A stretch of DNA of 64,000 nucleotides from Eledone cirrhosa (Eukaryota). The notes beneath the pieces are model-generated. The model saw only the letters and a list, made by a program, of their open reading frames with translations, had not been told where the DNA came from and did no database searches. A program made the translations under genes and the position numbers. The stretch is from NCBI GenBank assembly GCA_964016885.1, contig OZ024742.1, positions 116,250,001 through 116,314,000 on the forward strand, written 5' to 3'. Of the stretch, positions 40,229-54,043 are shown piece by piece. Each line of letters begins with the position of its first letter. Position 1 is the first letter of the stretch.

Positions 40229-40950
40229 GGAAGAAAACGCACATTGTGGATATATATCGTTATGGAATCGCTCCCGTAATTTTTTGATTTTTACTTATTT
40301 AAAAGAACTATGATAGATTAATTATTATTACACATGACGTATAAGATTACATTTATGACGCTCAGCAAGCCACAATGCATCACTTTACGGCATAGAGCCC
40401 CAATATTTAATATTTAATTTTGGATCAGAAATGTTATAGTCGAAAAAGAGGAAAATGGCAAAATGACTAAATAATTTCAACACCAACACCACCAACGCCA
40501 CCATCACCACTACCACGCCAAAAACTCTAGTCAAGTTACCTCAACTTCTATCTCTACTTCAACTTCAACAGCATCATCACTATAGTACTACGATAACATC
40601 ACCACCACCACGGCCTCCATATCGCTACCGCCGCTATTCTCTCCCACTACCTCCTGCTAAGTACTACTAGCACAGCACCACCACACCCACGACCACTGCT
40701 TCATTATCGCTACCGCCGCTATTCTCTCCCACTACCTCCTGCTAAGACATGCATCGTAGTACCCCCACTAAAAGAGGAAGGCATCAAAAGATATAAATAG
40801 ACTGATTTGATGACCCGGTCAAAAAATAAAAAAAAAAAAAAAATAAAAATAAAGACAGCACAGCAACAACGAAAATCGTAACGAAAAGAAAAATGAAAAG
40901 AAAAACAAACAGACAGACAGAGAAGGAGAAAAAAAAAACAAAGTAAGACA
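40165..40950. repeat. Unclassified interspersed repeat, (AAT)n head and CAC-rich body; copy 1
   Basis: Shares AATCGCTCCCGTAA.TTTTGA.TTTTA and AAAAGAGGAAGGCATCAAAA..TATA.ATAGACT, in the same order, with 63103-63940. Confidence 0.7.
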
Positions 40951-41044
40951 TTCAAACATTACATTACAATGAAACTTATGCTTATTCTTTGGGGTGGGGG
41001 TGGGAGGGGGGGTATGGGTACCTGTTTTTTTGTTTGTCTATATA

Positions 41045-44000
41045 TGTTCGTCTACAGCGTGATAGTGCCACACTAAAATCACCAGGGGTGATGAAATCAC
41101 CGGTGGTTATGTAACCATACATTCACCAATCCTCGATATGAGTGTTTAAATGTCGAAACTAAGCAGTTCGAATAACGGTGAAGTGGAGACTGGAATGTCA
41201 TGTGACAGATTCTCACCCAGCAGGTGCTCCCTGGCTCAGCAGCAGGGACCTGGCTGTAAACCAAATACTGCTGGTGTCGGAGGAAGAAGAAGTAAAGGGA
41301 CTAGAACCAACTGGACGAAAGAATTGAATAGAACTGTTATGCAATGTTACCTGAAGAGTAACCCCAAGGAGAAAGGCTATAGGAAACGGATGCATAACAT
41401 CTGGAACGAGATTGGTCTATTTAAATTAGATGAACAAAAATTGTCCGGGCAGGCTCGGGTAATAAGAACTAATGGGTGGATAAGCGAGCTGGAATTGGAG
41501 GAACTGAGCAGAGAGATTAGGTTGGAAATGGAGAGTGGAGTATGCCAGGCAAACGAGCCAGTGGGAAATGAAGGTGAAGAGGTTGAGAGAACGGAGGAGC
41601 CATCCGAAGCAGACAATGAGCTGAATGCTGAAATAAATAATACCTGGAACAAAGATACGGCCATTGAGGAGATGAATGCTGACGGGCTAGGAGAAGATTT
41701 GGTTGATATCTTAAACTTAGTGGTAGATGAATTGAACAATGGTAGTGGAAAATCTATGAACCTAAGATTTGTAGACAGAAACAAGTTAAAAGAAACAACA
41801 GCTAAGGTAAACAAAGTCATCCCACACCTTGAGGCGAGGAGCCTTCCCCAGTGCAACAATATCCTCAAAGCAACAGCAAATGTGGTGAGGAAATTACTTT
41901 GCATAAAAGCGAGAGGAAATAACAAACAAGAAAGATCAGAACCTGGTGGAAGAAACGACTGAATGGTCAAATCAGGGAAATGAAAAATGACATTGGAAGG
42001 CTTGAGTCCCTACTGAATGGGACACTAAAAAACATAGACACTAAAAATAGACTGGAAATAAAGTACAAAACTAGGAGGAAAAAGCTAATTATTATCATAG
42101 AAGAACTGTGAAGCAACGCATTGTAGCAAAGAGTGCAAAAATTAGGCGATACGAGAGCAGAGTCAGTCAGTATAGACAGAACCGCATGTTTGACAACAAC
42201 CAGAAGATGCTGTTTGGGCAGCTTGACGGGAAAAAAGAGGCAACGCTTGATCCCTGAGGCGGAACAAACTAAAACATTCTGGAGAGGAATATGGGAGCAG
42301 GATGTTAAACATAATGACCAGGCAGTGTGGATTGAGACAGTACAAAAGGAGATTAGTGAACAGGCACACCAACAGACTGATTTGAGTATCACAGTTGAAA
42401 CTGTTAAGGGGCAGGCCAAAACACTAAACAACTGGAAATCACCAGGCCCAGATGGTGTGCAGGGGTATTGGATTAAAAATATAACATCCCTCCACCCGAA
42501 ACTGACAACCATGTTCAATGACTGCTTGATGTCAGGTGAGGTACCAGAGTTGTTGACAAAAGGTACCACAGTTCTGGTAATGAAAGACCGAATCAAGGGT
42601 AATGATGTTACCAACTATAGACGTATCACATGTCTGTCCGTAATGTGGAAACTGTTGACAAGTATTATGTCTGAGGAAATCTACCATCACCTCCACACAA
42701 ACTACTTGTTACCGGCCGAACAGAAAGGATGCCGAAAGAAGTCCCGTGGTACAAAGGACAAGTTACTTATTGATAAGATGGTAATGAGGAATTGCAAGAG
42801 GAGACACACTGGTCTTGCCATGGGATGGATATACTACAAAAAGGCACCAAAAGGATCACCAAAAGCCTAGAGATCTTCAAGGTGGCAGATAACATCAGAC
42901 AGTTGTTGGGCAAAAGTATGAAGTCCTGGAAAACAGAGTTAACATCAGCTGGAGAATCCTTGGGAGGCGTGGACACCAAGAGAGGTATCTTCCAGGGAGA
43001 TACTCTGTCCCCACTGTTGTTTGTCCTTGCCCTGATGCCCCTGACCATTATACTGCGAAAGGTGAGAGCAGGATACAAGTTGGGAAAGGGAGAGCTTACC
43101 ATCAATCACCTCCTCTTCATGGACGATCTTAAGCTCTTCGGGAAGAGTGAGAAGGAGTTGGATGTGCTTGTTGACACTGTCCGTATTTTCAGCAATGATA
43201 TATGTATGCAATTTGGTAATAGTAAGTGTGGAGTCCTTGGGATGAAGAGGGGTAAATTGAGCAGAAGCAACGGAAACCAGGTACCAACAGGTGAGATGAT
43301 AAAGGAAATTGACACTGAAGAAGGATACAGGTATTTGGGTGTTCTGGAGGCTGATTACATCAAGAACAAAAAAAAGAAGGAATTGATAGGATCTGAATAC
43401 ATTCGGATAGTAAGGAGCGTATTAAAGTCACACCTGAACAGTAGGAATGCCATAAGTGCAGTACATTCCCGAGCTGTGTCTATTATTAGGTACAGTGCAG
43501 GAATTCTGAGATGGAATGTTGCTGGACAAAAAGAAATGGATAGGAAGCTATTGACTATCTACTATAGGAAGCTATTGACTATCTACAACATGTTCCACGA
43601 GAGGAGTTATGTCGATCGACTCTACTTCAGGAGATCTGAAGGTGGAAGAGGTCTTATCAGCATAGAGGACTCTGTTCAGATGGAGAAAAACAACCTACAC
43701 AAATACGTGACTGATAGTAAGGAGCCAATGCTCAGAGTTGCACTGAAGGAGATGACATTAGACCAGGTGATGTCCAAGGAGGAAATAACAACAAGGAGAA
43801 AGAGCAGCCTTCATGAAAAATCTCTTCATAGTACCTTCTTTGAGAAAACTGAATTCAGAGATCCACAGACATCGAATTGGTTGAAAAGAGGAGACCTTAA
43901 AAGGGCTACAGAAGGAATGTTAATGGCTGCGCAAGAGCAGGCCCTGAAAACGATGTGGTTGAAACACCATATTTACAAGGAGGAGGCTAGCCCACTGTAC

Positions 44001-44645
44001 AGGATCTTTGGAGAGAGAGAGGAGAGTGTGGCTCACATTTTATCCGAGTGTAAGCACCTAGCCCAGACTCACTATAAGGGCTGGAGACATGACGTGATGG
44101 GCAGGGTGATCTACTGGCACCTATGCAAAGTAAACAATTTACCACATTCTGAGAAGTGGTATGAGCATAAGCCAGAGTCGGTGATAGAAAACGATCAGGT
44201 GAAGGTGGTGTGGGATTTTAGGATACAGACGGACAAGAAACTGGAACACAATAGACCTGACCTGTTGGTTTTGGATAAGGAAAACAGATCGTGCCTGATT
44301 GTGTATGTGGCCTGCCCATTCGACACGAGAGTGCAAGAGAAGGAGAGGTAGAAAATTTACCGATACCAGGACTTAAAGTGGGAGGTAAAAAGGATTTGGA
44401 ACTGCCATGAAGTCAAAGTGGTCCCGATTGTCATAGGCGCACTAGGTACTATCTCAAAAAGTTTCCAGGGATGGTTAAAGAAAATTGGCCCCTTCACGCT
44501 TTTTGGAACGCTTCAAAAGCAAGCTTGCTGGGAAGAGCAAGAACCCTCCGATACGTCCTGAATATCTGAGGCTGCAGGTAGAGGCTTGATATTCATTTCA
44601 ACAAACTTTCCAGTTAACTAACATCAATGACTGAGTCTCAAAGAA
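41045..44645 (+). mobile_element. Near-full-length R4/Dong-like non-LTR retrotransposon (RT plus restriction-like endonuclease), decayed
   Basis: Broken single ORF 41150-44570 with WKSPGPDG, GIFQGDTLSP, HLLFMDD, GGRGL, HILSEC, WRHD, NRPDL and VVPIVIGALG. Ends in (AAC)n(AAT)n. Confidence 0.88.
41150..44570 (+). pseudogene. RT-RLE polyprotein, frameshifted (ORFs 41150-41962, 42133-42870, 42792-44351)
   Basis: Collinear RT and PD-(D/E)xK endonuclease motifs across frames. Premature stop at 44351. Confidence 0.85.
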
Positions 44646-44661
44646 CAACAACAACAACAAC

Positions 44662-44729
<68 letters not shown>

Positions 44730-44730
<1 letters not shown>

Positions 44731-46607
44731 TCCTTTTGAATAGTGAAACAAAATCACTGGAAGCTGGAGAAGTTAATATTAATTGTGGAATTTTTCAGGG
44801 TGACTCTTTATCACCGCTTTTATTCTGCATCGCACTTATACCATTAAGTAAAATGCTCAATGAAACAAAACATGGATATAAAGTCTATGACAAAACCATT
44901 AATCACCTGTTCTACATGGATGACCTGAAACTATTTGCAAAAAATGATGAACAATTGCAAGGGCTATTATCCACTGTGAAGCAGTTCAGTGATGACATTA
45001 AAATGGAGTTTGGACTAGATAAATGCGCCAAAGCAACGTTCACCAGAGGAAAGCTGCTGAAGAGTTCAGACATTAATCTTGATCGGGGGAACGTGATAAG
45101 AGAACCTGATCAAGAAAAAACTTACAAATATCTAGGTGTTTGTGAAGGAGACGGAATCAAGCACTCGACAGTGAGGGAAAGGATAAGGAAGGAATGTTAC
45201 CGCAGAGTAATAGCAATCTTAAGAACGGAATTGAATGCAAGGAATAGGATCGATGCCATAAACACGCTTGCCATACCAGTAGTAACCTACAGTTACAATG
45301 TCATCAACTGGTCAAGCACAGAGATCCGTAGGCTCGATACAAAAATTCGAAAATTCTTCACCATGCACAGAATGCATCACCCCAAGGCAGATATAAATAG
45401 AATATATCTCCCTAGGAAAGAAGGAGGACGTGGGTTAATCCAGTTAGACATTGCGTTGAAAACTGCAACAATTGGATTATCTACATATCTAAGGGAATCA
45501 CATGATTGGATGATCAAACTCGTTTTGAAACACGAAAGCATCAAAAGATCATATTCCATTACAAAAGATGCACACAGATACAGTAATGGACTACAAATTT
45601 CAGAAGTCCCATTTACTGCTGAAATGGAAAACACAGAAAGAGCAAAGCAGGTAAAAGTAACTGCAAAGAAAGAACTGCTACAGGAACTGGCTAAGAAATG
45701 GCAAGAAAAGCCTCTGTATGGAAAATACCCAGAGCGAGCTAACAATCCTGATGTTGACAAAACTTTAACCCATCAGTGGTTGGCATCCTCTGGACTGAAA
45801 TCGGAGACTGAAGGACTGATTATATCGGCACAAGATCAGTGTCTGCCAACAAAAAATTACCAAGCCAACATAATAAAAAATGGGTGCAGCCCATTATGCC
45901 GTGTATGCAAAAAGCAACCAGAGACCATTGACCATATAATTTGAATGTGCAGCCCTATAGCTCCAACCGAATACCTAAACAGGCATGACAGAGCTGCACA
46001 ATACATACATTGGATAATGTGTAAGCATTTTGACCTGCCCCATCAAAAGAATTGATGGGAGCATCAACCACCTCCCATACTTGAAAAAGATCACATCTCA
46101 ATCTTGTTGAACTTTAGCATCCAAACAGACCGAAAAATAGATGCAAATAGACCTGACATAATATTGAAGGACTTTCAAAAGAGGGTATGCCTGCTAATTG
46201 ATATGTCTGTTCCAATAGACAAGAAATGTATCTATAAAATCATTTGAAAAATTGAGCAAGTATAAGGACCTGGAGATAGAAATTGGAAAAATGTGGAAAT
46301 TGAGAACTAAAACAATACCAGTGGTTGTAGGCGCTCTGGGAATGATACCTAAGGGGTCTAATGATTACTTATCACAAATCCCAGGAAACCCGCGTATAGG
46401 AGAAATACAAAAGATAGTACTAATGGGAACTGCCCATATACTAAGGAAGATTCTGTCAATATAAGTACATCACAAGTCTAAACACTAAAGATGCATGTGT
46501 GAATATGTATGTTCTTTCTTGAACATGGCGGACCTTGTTGTCTCTTGAGGTCACTGGTTGTGACTTGGTGATAACTCGTATGAACATAAAGCAAGATAAA
46601 TGCAACT

Positions 46608-46608
<1 letters not shown>
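44730..46608 (+). mobile_element. 5'-truncated R4/Dong-like LINE, different family, flanked by (AAT)n on both sides
   Basis: GIFQGDSLSP, HLFYMDD, GGRGL, CRVC...ETIDHI, NRPDI, KYKDL, IPVVVGALG. Confidence 0.9.
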
Positions 46609-46667
<59 letters not shown>

Positions 46668-46669
<2 letters not shown>

Positions 46670-46846
46670 TGTTTCTACTTTTGGCACAAGGCCAGCAATA
46701 ACCCAGTGCATTACTGGTACTTTATTTTATCGACACCGTAAGGATGAAAGGCAAAGTTAACCTCGGCTGGATTTGAACTCAGAATGGCAAGGGCCGTAAC
46801 TCTATACGTCAATGCAGGGCGTCCGACCCTCTACCTATACTGCCAA
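46668..46846 (-). mobile_element. tRNA-derived SINE whose (ATT)n tail abuts the Dong-like 3' end
   Basis: Full match to the family at 18818-19000. A second fragment with (GAA)n lies at about 46850-46985. Confidence 0.85.
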
Positions 46847-47479
46847 ATGATTTCTATATAGGCACAAGGCCAACAATTTTGAGGAAAGAAGTTAAATCGA
46901 CTCCAGTGCATCACGTATATTATTTTATCGAAGAAGAAGAAGAAGAAGAAGAAGAAGAAGAAGAAGAAGAAGAAGAAGAAGAAGATTTCCATTTAATAGC
47001 CCAGCGTTTGAAATTCTGACGTATCTTATATTTCAACTTTAAACTACTGAAACGAAAAGTCTGAAGCATTTTCGTTTAGGATATTCATGCGACGAAGTCC
47101 CTGAATGACACTGAATGGGAATTGTATTTCTAAATATATTAGTACTGTTTAAATCAATATTCTTCTATCGAAATAATGTTTTCCTATCTTGACCTATCAA
47201 ATCAGAAATTGCCTTTCCATTCCATTCCTATTTAATATAATTCAAATAATGTTTATGGAGTTTTTTATACGGCCGTTAATTTTTACCGTTTCATGTAAAT
47301 TTCTCATGTTACTACTTGCAACAAACATTACTGCTGTTAAACATATGCAAGTTTAAATCATTACAAAATGAATTGTCTGCTATCAATTATACGTTTACTT
47401 TTAGCATACATTTTAGCATACTGTGACACTTTGAAGTTAAATATAGCCAATTTTATTGACGTTAACGTACCTATGTAAA

Positions 47480-47630
47480 GTTAGAATGCTTTGAAATGTG
47501 GGGCTGCACCGCATTCAGAAGATTCCTTGGATTGAGAAAATTAAAAACTTTGAAGTAATGGTTAAGATACGACGTGCTGATACTACTACGAGACATTAGG
47601 AGCGAACAGTTGCAATATGTTAGGAGTATA
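47480..47630 (+). mobile_element. Old RTE-clade LINE fragment
   Basis: FEMW followed (frameshifted) by RIQKIPWIEKIKNFEVM and IRSEQLQY matches the RTE motif FEMW..RR.L.IPW....N.EV. Confidence 0.6.
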
Positions 47631-48213
47631 TATTCCGCAGTTTTGCTGGGATAAATTATAGTATTTGAATATACTATATTTACTTTCCCCTTAATAAATC
47701 GAAAATGTGCGATTTTACAGGAAATGCAATTTGTGATTACCCTAAAAAAAAAACCCAAAACTCTAATACTTCTCAACTGAGATTTGTTCTATTATTCCAT
47801 CATGTATTTTCATAATAAAACGAAATACGTTGTTATGAGATTGGTATTCGTTATACTTATAGACTGAGAATTTATTTACAATTTATAATTTAACCGTAAC
47901 GTACGTCAATGACATCATTCTTTCAATTTACAAGTAAAGAAGCATTTTCTGGCCTGTTTTCATGTCTACATATTAAAAGTGTGTATATTTACATACACAT
48001 TAGTTCCGTCTCGGTTACCCAATCTGTATATATACAGACATTTCGTTTGCGAGCACACTGTTTGATATATATCTTAATTAACTACCTACGCGAGCGCTAA
48101 TTTTATGCAAATTAGTACATCCATTACAGAATACTACATAGAGCGAATGGTAATATAAGCCCATCCCAAGAAAAGTGAGTTTCCTTCTACGCGCGCACAC
48201 ACACACACACACA

Positions 48214-48251
<38 letters not shown>

Positions 48252-48416
48252 GGTAAACATTGATGCAATTCTAATCAAGCACTCAACGTACTTTTTCCAC
48301 ATAGGAGTGACGGAGTAAATATCGAATAAGGAAAAGCGAAGTAGTTTCAGATGTTCAAGTCCTTTAATAATAATGCTGTGATATATATTTCAGTGACGAC
48401 ACTGGCCACACTGTTC

Positions 48417-48792
<376 letters not shown>

Positions 48793-50862
48793 AACGAATC
48801 GAACATTATTATTAATGGTCGATATAACCCATACGTACATATGTATATGTATATATGTGTGTGTCTCTCTCTCTATATATATATATGTGTGTGTGTGTGT
48901 GTATGTATATGTCTACGTGTGCATACTTACATTTATGTATCAGCTGTTTTAGGGTGAGAAATAAAATTATAATTTTATTTTTAATATATAATATATATAG
49001 ATATATTATTTGATTTGTTTTTTCGCCGTCCAGTTACAGTTTAATATATCAATGTGTGCGTCACTTTATTTTGAACATAGTGAATATACAATAAGTCCTT
49101 GTAGTAATTATGCCGTATTCACAGGCATGTTTTTTTTTTAAATACGGTATTGTAAGTCATGCAGTCTGCGTATATCGTCAGAAAATGTGGTATTTAACAA
49201 CTCTAAACCGGAAAAGGTAGTCTATACCTAATAACCTATCGAAAATTCATGTCTTCATTTCTTTTATAACGATGTTCAAATAACTCACATCCATTGATAT
49301 TACATTGTAAACGTATTACACAAGTATGATTATCTGGTAAGCATTGAATGAAACGCTCAATAGCTTTCTATAAATTATATATATGCCAGTATTGTTATAT
49401 ATTCCTAAGAAATGTCTTTTTGTTTGATTTCACCGTACTAACACTTTGTACTCGAAATAAACAGTTTGAATTATTTCATACACATTTCATATACATTACA
49501 AAAGAACGTATATTTAAATAAAAAAAAACAACATTATAATGGAAGATGTTTCTATGAAGTTCTTCACTCGTAAACATATTTACTTTTTGATAAAGTCTGA
49601 GAAAATAACGACTCTTGTATGAAAGAACGTCTGAATAGAATTGGAAAGAAATTTAGACCGAACATTAAATATATTATTATTCTACAGATCGTCAATGAAA
49701 ACTTTTCACAGAGTTTTATTTCATTTTATGAAAGATAAAATGTGTTAATGCTCAATTGTATTTCATTAGGAAACTCATTGTTTTGAGGTCAGACGACACA
49801 AGAAACAACTGTTTTTCAACATAAACTACGTATGGGATACATATGAAAACGATGCTATCTGGACTGATTTTGTTTTAGTTAGATGATGCAGTATTAATTA
49901 GTAATACATTTAACTAATTCTCATTATACTTGTCACCAGCGATCAACAAAGTTTTTGCTATCATTCCGTAGGTGCATTGGAAGAGGCAATTAAGGCATTA
50001 GAAAGTAAGTGGTCGTAGAAGAATTCGGTAGAATGCAAGGGTTAACGAAGGAGGGAAATAGGCAAGGAATACAAATTAGTAGTTATTCATAAAACTGCTA
50101 TCTCTTAGTTATTCAATAAACACTTAAATAAAATCGAAATAGAACAATGTGTATTTGCTGATGAAATTTATAGTAGTGACGAAGGTACTGATGAAATATA
50201 TTCTCTACAAATAGTTCGGAAACATTGAATTAGATGTTGTGTTTACAGCTCCATTAGTGTACCCTAGATTATATATTTCCTGTGTTATATTATGACATCA
50301 GCGTGTGGGGTGAAGGAGGTTTGGTTGTTATTGTTAGTATGTTCAGTGATAATATAGAGGTTATTTTGTTGGCCTCTCTACTTCATAATGATTTCTAATT
50401 TAAGAACAATGCTTGCGAGTTGAAGGAGGGAAAAGTCGATTAATTCGAGCTCAGTACTTGAATGGTACTTTATCAGTAATTAAAATGCGTGAGCAATATA
50501 CTTTACACAATCTTATCACAGATGATATATTACAATTGTTCTGTTAGGAAACAAAATCTATGGAGAGCACACGTGTTATAGCTATAGTTACAACAAGTTT
50601 GCATATGATAACAGTGACGATGTATATTCTAAGTATCAAGAACAACATACTTTAACTCTTTGTTAGAGAATCTTCAGGTCAAAGATCATTAATATTTCAT
50701 CAAATTGTTCAGTTTGGCAGTGCCACTGCTTGTCATTTGCAAGTTCAATCAATCGATCTAGTGGCGAATCTAGTGGCGACAGATCGATTAATTACAGTTG
50801 AATCGTTACAACAATTAATGATAAAGCATTTATGATAAAGAATAATTATTTCAAACGGTGTT

Positions 50863-50873
50863 TATATATATAT

Positions 50874-50926
<53 letters not shown>

Positions 50927-50930
50927 TATA

Positions 50931-50999
<69 letters not shown>

Positions 51000-51010
51000 G
51001 TGTGTGTGTG
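50863..51010. repeat. (TA)n(TG)n microsatellite
   Basis: Read directly. Confidence 0.95.
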
Positions 51011-52609
51011 AGATTTCATTCTTGTATTCGCTCTCTAGAAGAATGGGGATAACATCCCTTCTGAAATACTTTTGAGCATAGGACTGCCACAACGGGTCAG
51101 ACCTAGGGCTCAACAATATTTTAACGTTTAGCCATATTACGAGATTTTACTGCAAACGCGTACCCAAGATGGCTGATATTTCTAGCAAATTGAGTGGTAA
51201 TTGGCCTGCAGACTGTTATAATGTTTTCTAATTTAGGTGCAAGACCGGAGAATTGGGGGAGAAGAACGTCAAGTAACTCGACCCCAGTGTTTTACTGCAA
51301 CTTTTAGTGTCCATATAGAAACGATGAGAGGTAAATTTAGAATAAAATGGATTGAAACTATACAGAAGCTATCGCAGAAAAGAGAACAGTCATCAGAATG
51401 CCATCTTTTCGATCACCATGTGTAATTATATAATTGGTCTCCTCCATCGTATATAATAAACATGACTGCATTTTAGTTATTCTAATGAAGCTATAGTAAA
51501 TAAGCTAATGAAGCATTCCTTACTGCGATGCGCTGTGTCCTCCAAGCCCTATATCATACCTATTGAAAGCTATGTAATAAGATTGCCAAAATGGCAGTTA
51601 GTTGGCTGTCTTTAAATCACTTAAAACGTGTTAATATTCAAAGCATTAAGATCAGCTGTTCTAAGTTTCTCGATTTATGTGACGATTAGCTTCAATTAAA
51701 TATTTAAAGTTTAAAGCAGTTTATTGCAGTTTTTGCGAAGTATGTAGTAATTGTCAGTTTTATTTAGCTGGTGTTAAACCAGTTATTCAGTTTACACCAG
51801 GTATTCAGTACTATTCTATCGTTTACAGAAAGAAAAGTTTCAAATTTCCATTCAAAAGCAGAAAACATTAATATATAAGTGAACTGATTTTCCACTCAAT
51901 TGAAAGAAAGGTCAAGAGTATTTTATTTTCAATGAAGTGAGTTTGTGTTAATATGAAATTGATAGAGAAATGTACTTGTTAGATGATTTACATGTACTAT
52001 GGGATTTGTACTATCTGTTCATATTTACACAGGAAATTCTGTGAGCGCTGTTATTGTAATTACTCTATGTAGCCAATTGAAAGCTGTTACCCAGCCGAGT
52101 CAACATAGTCTACTTTGAAGATTAGTATAATTTAGATTCCAGTTAATCTCTCATGATCATGTTATGACTTGTGTTTATGTGTTTATATGTGTTTGTTGTT
52201 ATTGTGCTTGTGTATGTATTTATTTATTTATTTATCTATTTATTTATTTATTTATACTTCTCTTAGGTCAGTGTTGTGTGTTTGCATGTTGTCGTTATTC
52301 CATTCATTCTTTCTGTTTAGTCTTGGCCTTCTAAGTTCTATTTCACTGGCCTCTCTGATTTGCCTATCTGCTGGGTCATTTCTATGTTTAGATATTATTC
52401 TAATGTCTATGTTGTCTATGTTACCGTCGTGTTGTTGTCTGGCATGTTCGTATAGTACTGACCCGTTTTTTCGTCCTTTTAGTTCCCCCAGTGTTGGTCT
52501 ATCCTTTCTCCTATGCTACGAGCTGTCTCGCCTATGTATGTTGTTGTCATGTTTCTGCAAGTACCCTCTGTACATCTTATGCTATAGACTACGTTTCTAG
52601 TTTTACAGT

Positions 52610-54043
52610 TTATACGGGGTTTACCTTAACTATGATACATTTCCTATTAGTACAGTGGGTTTTCTTAAAAGGGTAGGTTTTGCTGATCAAGGATTTTATG
52701 GTGGTTCCTGGCTTTTCTACCACCTTAATCTTTAAGTGGGTCTTTCTCAGGGCCATTCTACACTGGTTAGCTAATTTTCCTCCAGGGGTAGCGTCCACAA
52801 CCATGACACTCTGGTATCTCTGGTTGTCGTACCATGAGGTGGCCTTCCCTATCTTATGTCTAGCCCTATCTAAGCTATTCCATGATCTGCTCCTGTATAA
52901 TGGGCAAATTCCTTTCATGTCCAGTTCTATGAGGGTCTCATACTTCTCCATGGCTCCTTCGTAAACTCTGACTTTGTCTCTTTGGTTGTAGCCAGAGAAC
53001 TGCATGCGGTTGATGAAGTGTTGGATGTGTCTTTCCCTTTCTGTTGGGTCGCACATGCGGGACACATTCTTCATCACTCGTACCAAATATGCGATCAGAA
53101 TATTAAACTTAGCACTACTGGACATTGCTGAGTTTTTTAGTATCAGGTATTTGGAGGCCATGGGTTTAGCATAGTGTGAGTGGAGAATTTGGGCTCTTTC
53201 GTCTATGGTGTTAATCCAGAGTTCCGTGTATAATACAGGTAGTCTGCTGTTAGGGTGTTTGGAAGGGTAGTCGATAGTTACAGTTATACTCTGGTGTATG
53301 GAATTAGCTATCTGCTGGATGCTTTCCATTGTGCTATGTTCTAAATCAAACGTGTTAGTGCTCTCTAGTGGGGATGTTCTTATAACTATATTGATATCGT
53401 CTACGTAACGAGAGTACATGATGAGGTCTATGGAGCTCTCATTAAGGAGATCTTTAAGTCTCCTTTCCCACCATACCACGAAAAGGTTGGCAACATCACC
53501 AGCTATGCTGACGCCAATGGCTGCTCCCTCATTTTGGGTGTAGATCTTCTCGTTGAACTTGAATGTGTGGCTCTTTAGGGTAGTTTTGATACTAGCCCCT
53601 ATTGCATGTGCGACCAATTTTCTTACCTGATCATTGTGTTGGGGGGTCCGTATAGCTTTGGTCCACTCAATCCACCTTCCCAAGGGAGTCATTTTTGCCA
53701 TTGAGGTTATGGTGGGGGGTCTACCTCTTATGGATCTACTAGGGCAAATACGTCTAAGGGCATGGCTGTCTAGGTTATCAGTGTCGTAGGTAAGTCTAAG
53801 TAAGAGGCCCAGTTCATCTGTGTCGACGTCACAGAACTCCACCTCACTCTCAATGATCATCTTCACACATTTTTCCACAGCAAAATCAATGTTAATGGAT
53901 GGGTACAGTGATACCACATCCATGCTGCCTATTATGCAGTTGGATAGGTTCCTGTTTTTGTTGCACCCACTGATTCTGCTGAGGAGATCCTCTGTACTGT
54001 CACATACATCTGGGGACATCTTGATTATGGGGCGTATAACCAT
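52610..54043 (-). CDS. PLE reverse transcriptase (477-aa open segment of a broken ORF)
   Basis: SMDVVSLYPSI, TQNEGAAIG, YSRYVDDI, LPVL, FSGY. Upstream part CLPTDNSG lies in ORF 54184-54636. A frameshift separates it from the GIY-YIG domain. Confidence 0.85.
   Translation of the reverse strand: MVIRPIIKMSPDVCDSTEDLLSRISGCNKNRNLSNCIIGSMDVVSLYPSINIDFAVEKCVKMIIESEVEFCDVDTDELGLLLRLTYDTDNLDSHALRRICPSRSIRGRPPTITSMAKMTPLGRWIEWTKAIRTPQHNDQVRKLVAHAIGASIKTTLKSHTFKFNEKIYTQNEGAAIGVSIAGDVANLFVVWWERRLKDLLNESSIDLIMYSRYVDDINIVIRTSPLESTNTFDLEHSTMESIQQIANSIHQSITVTIDYPSKHPNSRLPVLYTELWINTIDERAQILHSHYAKPMASKYLILKNSAMSSSAKFNILIAYLVRVMKNVSRMCDPTERERHIQHFINRMQFSGYNQRDKVRVYEGAMEKYETLIELDMKGICPLYRSRSWNSLDRARHKIGKATSWYDNQRYQSVMVVDATPGGKLANQCRMALRKTHLKIKVVEKPGTTIKSLISKTYPFKKTHCTNRKCIIVKVNPV

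Noticed and set aside
52169-52600. Hydrophobic 143-aa ORF and its twin at 54669-55094
   Set aside because: They are antisense to the GIY-YIG region and duplicated only because of the inverted pLTR.
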